A DNA stretch of 64,000 bases, taken from Amphiscolops sp. MND2022 (lineage: Eukaryota). Made by a program: the position numbers and the translations under genes. Location: assembly GCA_964187785.1 (NCBI GenBank), contig OZ076421.1, positions 30,070,001 to 30,134,000 on the forward strand, given 5' to 3'. Shown piece by piece: positions 38,600-49,321 of this stretch (its first letter is position 1; the number at the start of each line of letters is the position of its first letter). The notes beneath the pieces are model-generated. The model made no database searches. It was not told the DNA's origin and worked only from the letters and a program-made list of their open reading frames with translations.

Positions 38600-40440
38600 A
38601 ATGATAAGCTATATGTAATAAAGTTCTTCGAACGCATCTCTGTCGTTCACAGTTCCTAGAACACAGGCCGCATTGCCGATCTGAAGAGCCATTGAAATCC
38701 GTTGCTTCACAAAGTTGCCAGCTCGTTGATCGTCGTGCGAACACAAGAGCATTTTACAGAGACGCGAAAAATTTCACTGCTCTCGCCTGAAGAACCCTGT
38801 ACTTCCATGGCCACCGGTTGAGAAGTGTATCCATTGTCTATTGATTCGCGATATTTTTCACTTCTACGCGCTTCAGCATCGGCGGCGGTGGTTCCCGGGG
38901 TGCATAAAGAGCCTTGATTCAGGCGACAGGGTACAAGAGCATCCACAACCGTGACATCCCACACCAGCTGTTTACTCATTTCCCAAGGAATCATGGTAAC
39001 ACCGTCTGGGCGTTTGCCATCAGTTCGGTACAGTCCACTCGCTTCGAGCATTGAAGGCAAGTCGAGAAATCCCAACGTCTGCTTCATGAGAGAATTGAGA
39101 ATAGCATGACGTGAGAAGCGATCAGCACTCCTGGTGCAAGAAAGACCGTGTAAACCGTTACGTTCAACCTTTTTACCACAGTGGCACGTATGCCCTACAC
39201 ATATTGGCTCCGAGACTTAAACCAAGTGAAATTCGAAGCTGCTGATTATCCAGTTTCAGGCCTAGGTTCTTGCAAGGAACGGCGTTAAGCCAAGTCATTG
39301 AGACCCGAATCTGACTTGATGAACGTTAAGAACTTTCGAGCGGTTGTCATCCATTCTAGAAATAAAATCTCGGGCGGTTTTGACGTATACAAGTTGTGTC
39401 CAATTTTGCTGGGTTCCATCGGGAGGACTTTCTTGTTTATTCGTCAAACTCAACCATTTCTCAAGCGCTTTTCTAAACGAAACATCATCGAATGTTTCCA
39501 AAAAAATCGTAGCGAGAAGTCACTTGCACCAAAAATTGAAGTCAAAAAAGGAGGAAGTGCTACTAATGATGCGGATGAAACCCCAAGACCGCCCATTTCA
39601 GGGGCCAAAGCCAGTTGAGTACTCGAAACATCGTCGAAATTCACGTCACACACTTTACAAAGCCTGTCGCGTACGGTTTCGTCATACTTTTCCGAGAGAG
39701 CTGGATGATTAAAACATGTACTGGTTCTCAGGAAGTACAACAACTTTGGCAGACTGTAGCAATTTTTCAACATAGAAAACATAATGCGCATCTAGTTTTT
39801 CAACAATTCCATTAACTCTTTCCAGTTCATTGATTTTCTTTCTTAAAAAGTCTGCTGATGATTTCGATGCGAACGGTGAACCAAGAATGATAAGTTCATT
39901 TTTCTTTAGTGTTTTCATCCAGGTGCAAAGTTTTTGAAAAGATGGAAAAATTGTCAATCGTTGTTTTTCAGTGATGTCACCTTGGAAAAAAATTTGCATT
40001 TCATGGGTTTAATTTTGAGTCTCAGTGTTTTTTTCCGCTTCAACAATTTTTTGAGATCTTTCATTCTGTGATCATCACTTGAATTTCCGTCGTCAAAGTT
40101 CCAAAAGTTTATTTTCGACTCCAAACTGTGAATCAGATCCTGAATGGAATTCGAAAACAAAGCTGGAGACTCAGGATCTCCTTGCTGGATCCCTTCACAA
40201 GGTTTGATTACTGAATCACCGTAAAAAAGAAAACTTGGCTGACTGTACGCCGAGTGTGAGTACTTATAATCTTCAGGATGTAATTCAGAAGTTTTCTCAA
40301 GCATGAATTGTCGGTTCATCGAATTGAAAGTGTTTTCAAAGTCAATTTTCAAAATTTTATTCTCTTTGTGCTGGGGCCTTTCTTTGAAACAACGGAAAAC
40401 ATGTGAGGCCAATTGAGGGCCCTTTTCGGTGCCTACGCCT
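38600..40440 (-). mobile_element. Decayed CRE-like non-LTR retrotransposon with restriction-like endonuclease
   Basis: RT motifs IDFENTFNSM and GIQQGDP; CHCG...HGLSC knuckle; RPDGVTMIPW...WDVTVVD...KY endonuclease motif at the C-terminus. Confidence 0.8.
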
Positions 40441-40449
40441 ACTTGGCGG

Positions 40450-40734
40450 GAGGGGGGAATAAGACCTAAAGAATAAGATATGAAATAATGTGATCTAAAA
40501 TTGGGACAAGCTCAACTTCGAAAGAGAATAAGATCTAAAATTTTAGATCTTATTTCCTTAAATCCTTATTCTTTAGAGAAGGGGAATATGATCTAAAATG
40601 CATTGATTTTAGATGTCAATTTTTAAGATCTCATTCGCGTCCTGAAATTTTAGCTCTTATTCCCGTCCTGAAACTTTAGATCCTATTCCTTTTTTCGATT
40701 TTAGATCTTATTCTTCAGATCCTATTCCTCCCTC
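40450..40734. repeat. Foldback/MITE-like element
   Basis: Imperfect ~35-bp terminal inverted repeats built of AATAAGATCTAAAA-like units; no clear TSD. Confidence 0.6.
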
Positions 40735-40759
40735 TATTACTTGGTGACTTCCGTATCTT

Positions 40760-41230
40760 GCTTGATTCGAAGACATGGTCGAAAGGTACTTTTCCTTCGA
40801 GAATCACATCACTTACAACGCGAAAATATTTTTATACTCATCGATGATCGTCCTCATTCTTGTATATGGTAGTCCCTGTATTGGCCTCAGAAAGTATACC
40901 ATCTTTCAACTTGAAAACACCCTGAAAAGAATAGTTCAGTGGATTATCCATGGATAAGAGTCGTGCAAGGAAAAAGTGGAAGAACTCGACTTTATCTCGG
41001 CTAAAGTATATTCAAATCAACAACCTACTGCTACTATCAAAAATACTAGCGGACGTTATGACTCCCAAAAGCTCCAAATACGTATCGTTTCTTCTTACTC
41101 GAGCTCCTCTCTGTTTCCAGCTGGATAGACCAAAGAATAAATCTCTGGAAAACGACTTCTACCAAACTTGCAGAATCGCAGCATTTTTATGACGATTTTA
41201 CTGACCAAACAAATTTGAAGAACCTTCTTT
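40760..41230 (+). mobile_element. CR1-like LINE 3' fragment
   Basis: KIFLYSSMIVLILVYGS...QLENTLKRIVQWI resembles the post-RT region of CR1 ORF2. Confidence 0.5.
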
Positions 41231-42316
41231 TTCTGCTTTTTTTTGGCAGAATGTCGAGAACTTCACTGAATCTGACAAGTGTAGCTGACAAATTGCACGA
41301 TTGAATACCTGCAGAAGCAAGACGAACATCTAGAACGTGATAACTGTGGGGACGTAGTCCCTTGTGTTTATTAACACTAAATCCATTTTACTTTTGCTAC
41401 CATTTAATGTTTAATAATCCCAAATGACCCAATAAAGAACATAAGTTTTCTCTTTCCGAGCCTCATACTGAATCTTTTCCTGCAAAATCTATCTTCAAGG
41501 ATAAAAAAACGGCTTGACTCACTTTGGACATTTATCTACCAGCAAATATTCCTACTAGCGCTGCGGTTGCTGAAAAGTTTTTATCTTGCAATTTGAGATA
41601 CGTATGCGTTAGAAGAGTCATCTGCTGCATCAGACATTTCTATATAAAGGACAACATGTGTACAAGCAGAACACGAGCCACTCAACGATAACATTGTCCT
41701 GAAATAAATAGACTCTAACGAACCCACTGGTCCTCGTAAACTTGCATGAACCAATAAGCTTGACCAACGTCTCTTAGTCTCAACATTTATTCATCTGACA
41801 TTTAGTTTTGAATGAATGTATCAAAGATTGTATATTGCCTTCGGATCTTGTTTGCTAGTGCCCCCCACGGTTTTATTGCCCCCAAAAAGTTTTTTTTCGT
41901 AATATCAGTGTAAAAATTGTTATGTAGTTATTGTTTTGGTAATCATTTCGTACCGAACTATATTACGAAGTGACCAGTTTTTCAGAATTGACAAAAAATT
42001 TAGTGAAGAATACTCAGTATTCAGAGAAGATAGTGGATCCGTATACAAGTAGCATCGAGAATCTTTAATGTGTATCGTGAGATCAAGAGAAACCAACGAG
42101 ATCAGCCACGATAAGTTGTGAAGTAGCCAACACACCGTCCCCAGTCTCAAAGTGTTCTTTCTTTTACAAATTTATTTGCACCATAATTAGAGTGAACAAA
42201 TTTATTTCAGTTAAAAATGAAATGAAGTCAGTGTACATAATCCGCTTGAAAAAAATAAAAACTGATACCTTTTCCACAGTTTGGAAAAAAGGACTATTAT
42301 CAATACATGTGAGCCA

Positions 42317-44686
42317 TTAAGGGCGATTAAGGTCATTCATCGATTTGGAATGTGCAGGTATGTTATGGACCTGATTGTTAGATGCAAGTACTTGCTGTGG
42401 AGCTGTAGGCTCCGATACTTTACGCTTCAGCGTATTGATAGCGATTTTTGATCCGATTTCTTTGAGTGTTTCCCGGGAGAATGATCGATCCTTTTGCGCA
42501 TAATCATGATGTTCGGCGTCAAGAGGCGTCATTTGCGACTCATATTCCGGAGCCGGGTCGATAACTCCCCGGGATCGTTTCGGACAAATTAATCCACACC
42601 AAAGAGGAGTCGAAGGATTACTATGCTTGTATCGATGATATAGCCAGACAACAATTACATGGAGTACCATCGATCCTAGAAATTAAAAATCAGACTCATC
42701 GTCAGTGAGTGCTTGATGGAAAGGTGGGATTCAAATTCTTTCGTAAGAGATGGCCTTAATTGTGTCATTTTAGTTGTGATAGGTCGAGCAATTTCTAAAA
42801 GTTTTTTTTTCGGGTCACGCATTTTTGGACTATCACGTAGCGTTTAACGAATTTCTTTCAACATTGCTACTCCTGTTTCGGTCTTGGTAGAGTAGTAGGG
42901 CATTTCGTCGATTTCTGGCAGTTCACTCCGCAGTTCTTGGAGAGGATCCGGAAGTTTAACGTTGACTTTAATGGCTGGCTTTTCCTCGCAAGTGCTTAGA
43001 TCAGATCTGATCCTGATATGGTCGCCGGTCAGTTGTTTGCCGCATTTAAGTGTAACGATGCAAATGCGACATCCGGGATGTTTCACAATTCCGGAAGAAG
43101 TAATTGACTCTTTGTCCGATTCAAACAACGTATATGCGTTAGTAGCAGACGTATTCAACTATACTCCAAATCCTAAATTTTCCGCTTTTTCTGTGGCTGG
43201 TAATACGATTTGCTCCGTTTCGCAAACTTGTAATGCCGCAACGCTATCTTTGAAGTAGAGGGTCGCCAAACAGGAATTATGACCAGTTTCAGTGGCGATC
43301 ATTTCTAGGCAAATTTGATAGCGCGTTGTGCCAATACAGCGACTAAGATCATTATCGGTCAGTAATGCGGTTTCTTTTCTATTCTCGGAAATAGCCAGGT
43401 ATGCCGCCTCCAACTTCTATTTAATCGCTGAATCTTTTTCGGGCTGGGGCATGGGCACTGCATTGGCGCAAAAAACAGCAAACGCTGAATCTTTTGTGGC
43501 CAGGGGAATTCCAATGCGCTTGATTAATCCTTGTTCAACAACTAGAACGTCGCGAAGTAATTGCGACTCATAATAGGCAATGATTTCGTCAATCAGGATT
43601 GCCAATGAAAGCCTGTTGGATTTTCTTCATTGTTCTGAAGCTACGTCGTCGAGTATAGCTAGGAGTGCTGCTCTGGAGAATAATGACATCGGTAAACATT
43701 GATTCAAGATAGGTTGGATTGAATTCATCATATTGATTTTGTAGGTGTAGAGGGCGCCTCGATAACTTTTAATGTTGGCATATGTTAAAACCAGAAGAGA
43801 AGAAATGGTGTCGTAGATGAGGTTGATCTGTTGTCTGGTGAGTAAAAGATGATCACAGGCTCTCAATGCGTGAATGTTATGCTGGAAACTTCGAAGTGTT
43901 CCGTGATAAGTTTCCAGTTACAAATTTGGACATCAACCATTTCTTTCTGAACGGACTTTAGGGCCTCTAATTCCGTCGTATCCATAAAAAAACTTGTCGT
44001 ACGCTTCATTTCGTAGCTTGAAAACATCTTGTGTTAGACTCTCTATGAAGACTCCCAGCTTTTCAATATTCTCAGCTTTTGCCTTGGATCGGTCGTGGCA
44101 TGATACAAAAAGACCTCGACGACCACATTCGCTGCTTCCTAAGGCGATTCCAGATCCGAAAAGTCCAACTGATGCTAGCGCCATCATGGCCAGGGGCTCT
44201 GCCCTCAGTTTCCGATTTCGTGCTTGAGCTGCATCGGTTTCTGTATTCAAGAATGAGGAAGAATTTTTGCGAAGAGCTTCTAGTTCTTTTTCAGCAAGTG
44301 TGACTTCGTTCTCTACTTGACGTAGAAGCCAATCGATGTCGAAAGTGGAATCGTTTTTCTGAAAGTTCGAAAAATAATCAAGATGACACTGCCAGCTTGT
44401 AGAGCTCCATAGTGGGGCAAGTTTGCTTATGTAGGTGCCTAATTCGGCACTCACGTTCATTTCAAACTTTGAAAATGGGAACAGAAAATCGACGTTGATA
44501 AACTTCTCAGATAACAAGAGTTTCGTGACGTGATGGAACATGATACCATTGGCAAGAATAGCTCCGGAATCTTGATCGGCAATGATATCGGATTTCCAAG
44601 CAGTCGGGTACACTATCACTACCAGAAGTGAGAGGACTGAAAAAAAACGTTGTCTTAAAAGAGAAAATTTGTTGTTTTTTTTGCAT
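42317..44686 (-). pseudogene. env: env-like class I fusion glycoprotein
   Basis: Frameshifted signal peptide; basic site RNRKLR followed by hydrophobic AEPLAMMALASVGLFGSGIA; heptad region; Cys-rich ectodomain; C-terminal TM-like VLHVIVVWLYHRYK. Split into six ORF pieces. Confidence 0.8.
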
Positions 44687-46768
44687 GTCGAACGGAAAAA
44701 AACCTGAATGGGGCCACAATCAGGTGTTTTTGTAAGTTTTCCTCACAGTTTTTCTGTGTGCTTCCTTTTTGGACTTGATGGAGATCTTTTATCGAGTTTT
44801 CCAGAAAGTTGCTCTCTGAATTAAATGTGCTTCTATCAGAGCACCAATGGAGTGACAATTCTTTGCTGTCCAGATAAAACATGCATCGGAAAGGCCTACA
44901 TCAATTACGTAATTGATGCATGTCAAACAAACGAGGATCCCGTCGTACCGCGAGGGATGCTACCAATGAACAGTGTTACTTTTCGTGGAGAAAGTTTGGA
45001 CTATAGAATGTACTTTAGTTAATTTTGTTCGTTAGAGTAAAAATAGGCCAATTCAATGTTCTCTGACCATTACGAATGTCTTCGAGTATTCCTTCGAGTA
45101 TGCGTAAACCTATGAGAATTATGTTTTGTAGAAAATTGTTGATGCCATTACATCAAATTGGCACTGGGGCTATCTTGGGAGAGAACTCAAGAAACAGCTC
45201 CGTCCTAAAAATTTCAAGGTAGGCGGTTAGTTTCGTATTGTTTCTTTTTTTCCAAGGTATCCAATTTAAGTTTTGAGTGTGCTGAAAAATCTTACCTGAA
45301 GGTACACGAGGGAAAACGCTTCACGATAACTTCGAAGTGTTCCGTGATAAGTTTCCAGTTACAAATTTGGACATCAACCATTTCTTTCTGAACGGACTTT
45401 AGGGCCTCTAATTCCGTCGTATCCATAAAAAAACTTGTCGTACGCTTCATTTCGTAGCTTGAAAACATCTTGTGTTAGACTCTCTATGAAGACTCCCAGC
45501 TTTTCAATATTCTCAGCTTTTGCCTTGGATCGGTCGTGGCATGATACAAAAAGACCTCGACGACCACATTCGCTGCTTCCTAAGGCGATTCCAGATCCGA
45601 AAAGTCCAACTGATGCTAGCGCCATCATGGCCAGGGGCTCTGCCCTCAGTTTCCGATTTCGTGCTTGAGCTGCATCGGTTTCTGTATTCAAGAATGAGGA
45701 AGAATTTTTGCGAAGAGCTTCTAGTTCTTTTTCAGCAAGTGTGACTTCGTTCTCTACTTGACGTAGAAGCCAATCGATGTCGAAAGTGGAATCGTTTTTC
45801 TGAAAGTTCGAAAAATAATCAAGATGACACTGCCAGCTTGTAGAGCTCCATAGTGGGGCAAGTTTGCTTATGTAGGTGCCTAATTCGGCACTCACGTTCA
45901 TTTCAAACTTTGAAAATGGGAACAGAAAATCGACGTTGATAAACTTCTCAGATAACAAGAGTTTCGTGACGTGATGGAACATGATACCATTGGCAAGAAT
46001 AGCTCCGGAATCTTGATCGGCAATGATATCGGATTTCCAAGCAGTCGGGTACACTATCACTACCAGAAGTGAGAGGACTGAAAAAAAACGTTGTCTTAAA
46101 AGAGAAAATTTGTTGTTTTTTTTGCATGTCGAACGGAAAAAAACCTGAATGGGGCCACAATCAGGTGTTTTTGTAAGTTTTCCTCACAGTTTTTCTGTGT
46201 GCTTCCTTTTTGGACTTGATGGAGATCTTTTATCGAGTTTTCCAGAAAGTTGCTCTCTGAATTAAATGTGCTTCTATCAGAGCACCAATGGAGTGACAAT
46301 TCTTTGCTGTCCAGATAAAACATGCATCGGAAAGGCCTACATCAATTACGTAATTGATGCATGTCAAACAAACGAGGATCCCGTCGTACCGCGAGGGATG
46401 CTACCAATGAACAGTGTTACTTTTCGTGGAGGAAGTTTGGACTATAGAATGTACTTTAGTTAATTTTGTTCGTTAGAGTAAAAATAGGCCAATTCAATGT
46501 TCTCTGACCATTACGAATGTCTTCGAGTATTCCTTCGAGTATGCGTAAACCTATGAGAATTATGTTTTGTAGAAAATTGTTGATGCCATTACATCAAATT
46601 GGCACTGGGGCTATCTTGGGAGAGAACTCAAGAAACAGCTCCGTCCTAAAAATTTCAAGGTAGGCGGTTAGTTTCGTATTGTTTCTTTTTTTCCAAGGTA
46701 TCCAATTTAAGTTTTGAGTGTGCTGAAAAATCTTACCTGAAGGTACACGAGGGAAAACGCTTCACGAT
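43887..46768. repeat. Tandem duplication, 1441-bp unit x2 (43887-45327 and 45328-46768)
   Basis: All ORFs recur at a 1441 offset; only one substitution noticed (GES versus GGS). Confidence 0.97.
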
Positions 46769-46828
46769 CTTTTTTTAAGGGAAGTAATCACAACGAGATT
46801 TGGGGCAATTTTTGACCGACAGCTTTGT

Positions 46829-47550
46829 TTGACTACCTTGACCGAGAAAAATTTTACTAAACTGGGATGGCAGCCCGTACCATCCATAGATGGGAAACAA
46901 AGCCGCACTTGGGGTGATGTTATGGAAAAACTGGAGCAGCAAATCTCGAGTAAACAATTTCCGGGGATTGGTGTGATGAGCCTATTGTCATCAAAAATCA
47001 ACCTCCTTTCAGAGTTGATCCATTGTTTTGTGAGAAACTTAGCTCTATCACAACCAGACAGACTACGTTTTATCATCAATTTTAGAAAGAACTTAATAAT
47101 TTCCAAACAGCAGCTTTACGGCCGTATTGAAAGTCACGATGTCACTACCAATATGAAAGCGAATGCATATTCTTCCAATTTAGAAGGGCTTGTTGGCATG
47201 GAGATGCCCAAATGCTTGACGCTGACAAAGCTTGACGGTATCATATCATATGGAAGGTGGTTCACAGCAGGTCATATTGAAACAGGGGGCGATGACAGTA
47301 TAACTTTTGTGCCCGTCGGTAAAAAATTGATGCTTATTGCAAAACGAGGACGAGCATCGCGTCGATTAGAGTCTCTTTTCACATCAAAGAAGGCTTTGGT
47401 GGATTGTCTTTCGAAACCACCTTCCAAGCTAATGCGACGGAGTGTCAAGTTTTTGTTTACTGATTGTACTTCTCTAAAGATACAGCCTGATTAAGGGCTC
47501 ATACCGTCATAACATTAAGTGAAGGGCTGCACTTGTTGTCGGGGTTGAAG
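46829..47550 (+). pseudogene. JmjC-domain dioxygenase (KDM2/KDM7-like motif spacing), antisense in the element
   Basis: FTAGHIETGGDDSITFVPVGKKLMLI matches the T-x-x-H-x-D/E-x-GG...G-x-K pattern; the distal His motif AHTVITL lies at 47497-47517 after a stop and frameshift. Confidence 0.72.
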
Positions 47551-48859
47551 GTAAACATGAAGGGAACCTGAAACGACGATATCAAGTGTTATTATATTAT
47601 TCTACTTGGATTGACCAATTCAAACGTCAAGTCTGGTTGAGTACTGCCTCAGACGGATAGGTATTGAAAAAAATTAAGAAATGTCGTCGGAACACCGCTG
47701 TGCAGGCCACTTGGAATGCTTGCAGTACGATGGTCGATGTAGAATTTGTTCCAGAGCTGTAACGTAAGTACGAGTGCCAAAGTGAAAACTAAAATTATTT
47801 GCTATACAACTATTCCGACAAAAATGGTTGCTTAAAAACAAAGAAAAAGCAGGTAATTAGCCCGTTTGTTTCAAAATAGCTTGTTTAAGCGTTATTCACT
47901 ACAAGCAAAACCTCGAATTGCGGTATCATTTGGTTGTAGCCCGAGTTGCAAAATGGAAAGCAGAAAATTTGAACTCTCAATGAAACAGGTTTTTGATGCA
48001 CCTAAACTCATCACAAATTTTCTGTGTACTTATGTGTTTGAGCACTCAACTGTTGGTTCTGCAGTCACTGCACTCCTTTCAATGTGAGCTGCCGCAAAGA
48101 TACTTGCAATAAAAAGTTTTTTTGCAAAAGGCTGTTTGAGGCGAACCAGAAATGCAAATAAACGTTAACTTGGACAGCGAAAAATGGCAGTGTTTTTTGT
48201 GAATTAAGAAAGTACCCAAGTGTGGCTGATTGAAGAGAAAAAAAGAAGGCAAAACGCCGTAATGTGGCCATTTAATCTTTTTTATTTTGCTGTGAATGAA
48301 AAAAAAAGGAAGATGTTGTTCGACCGTCGTACGACAATAAGTAGGAGATCAAGAAAATGGGCGTGTTTTTTCAAACATGAGAGTTAATGATCGAAGTAAA
48401 GTTTTTCGAGTAGTGCTGACCCATGAGCACAACGCTGTCGTGGCGGATTTTTCAATTTTTTCGAACGAATAAAAAATTAAAAAAGAGAAACATGTTTTTG
48501 GAAATGTAAGCGATTCTTTTTCGCAAAACGCAATGTGAAACGAGCGCATCTAGGTTTCACTGTAGCTAATTCCATAGCAAACGAGGTGGAGCGTGTACCA
48601 CTACTTGCATATCCTTTTGTTTTGCAATTGTTTGTCAAGTTTTTTGTGCAATGGTCGGTAAACATCAAGTAACAGCTCTCAGTTCGGGTGCTCGTTGTTC
48701 GAGTAGTTGCGAACATGATTGGGCGTGCTTTCAAGGTTGCCCTCGAGTGCGAGTCTACGTGCCGTTGCCATGTGGTAAACGTGCCTTCGGGTATCTTCAT
48801 CATGCGATGTTTGTTCTTCTAAAAGCGCAATATTAACGTGTATTTTCGAATGTATCTTG

Positions 48860-49321
48860 CGCAAATAAATATTGACTTGAATTCCACTGCCACTAAAAAC
48901 ATGAATGAGCAGTAACAAAACGTTTCTCCATTCCCGTTTATCGAGGCCACAGCCAATTTGTCGTAGGTAAATTTCTCTAACTCCATTTACTAAAATGTGA
49001 CTCTTCATGCGACAGACATTTATTTAAGGTAGAATAGGTCGGATTGTCCTTATGGATAGCTTTTGTCACCAAATTGCAAATCCAATTGTTGTTTTGAATA
49101 GAAAAGTGTGCAAGGATCGATCCAGGCTGTAACTTGGGATGCATAGCACGAATATCTTTCAGTTCAGGAAACAATCTTAACTGTGTTGCAAAACCTGCTG
49201 ACATGGACAAATCAGAGGAAACACAGTCCGCAAAATTCAGTCTTTTGTTCTCAAGCAATTTTCGTGCTTTGATAAGAACGTTCCTGGGCAAGGTTATGTA
49301 ATCGTTAGGGTCGGGAAGCAT
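48860..49321 (-). pseudogene. TARG1/OARD1-like macrodomain (ADP-ribose glycohydrolase)
   Basis: DCVSSDLSMSAGFA...NLVTK...PTYSTL, a frameshift near 49010, then MKSH...NGV...IGCGLD...W..V...VF...IQVNIY. Confidence 0.88.

Noticed and set aside
41280-42140. 3' LTR of the second gypsy element (possible PPT GGGGACGG then TGTG near 42135)
   Set aside because: No matching sequence upstream of the candidate PBS (beyond 55970), so no LTR pair can be supported.
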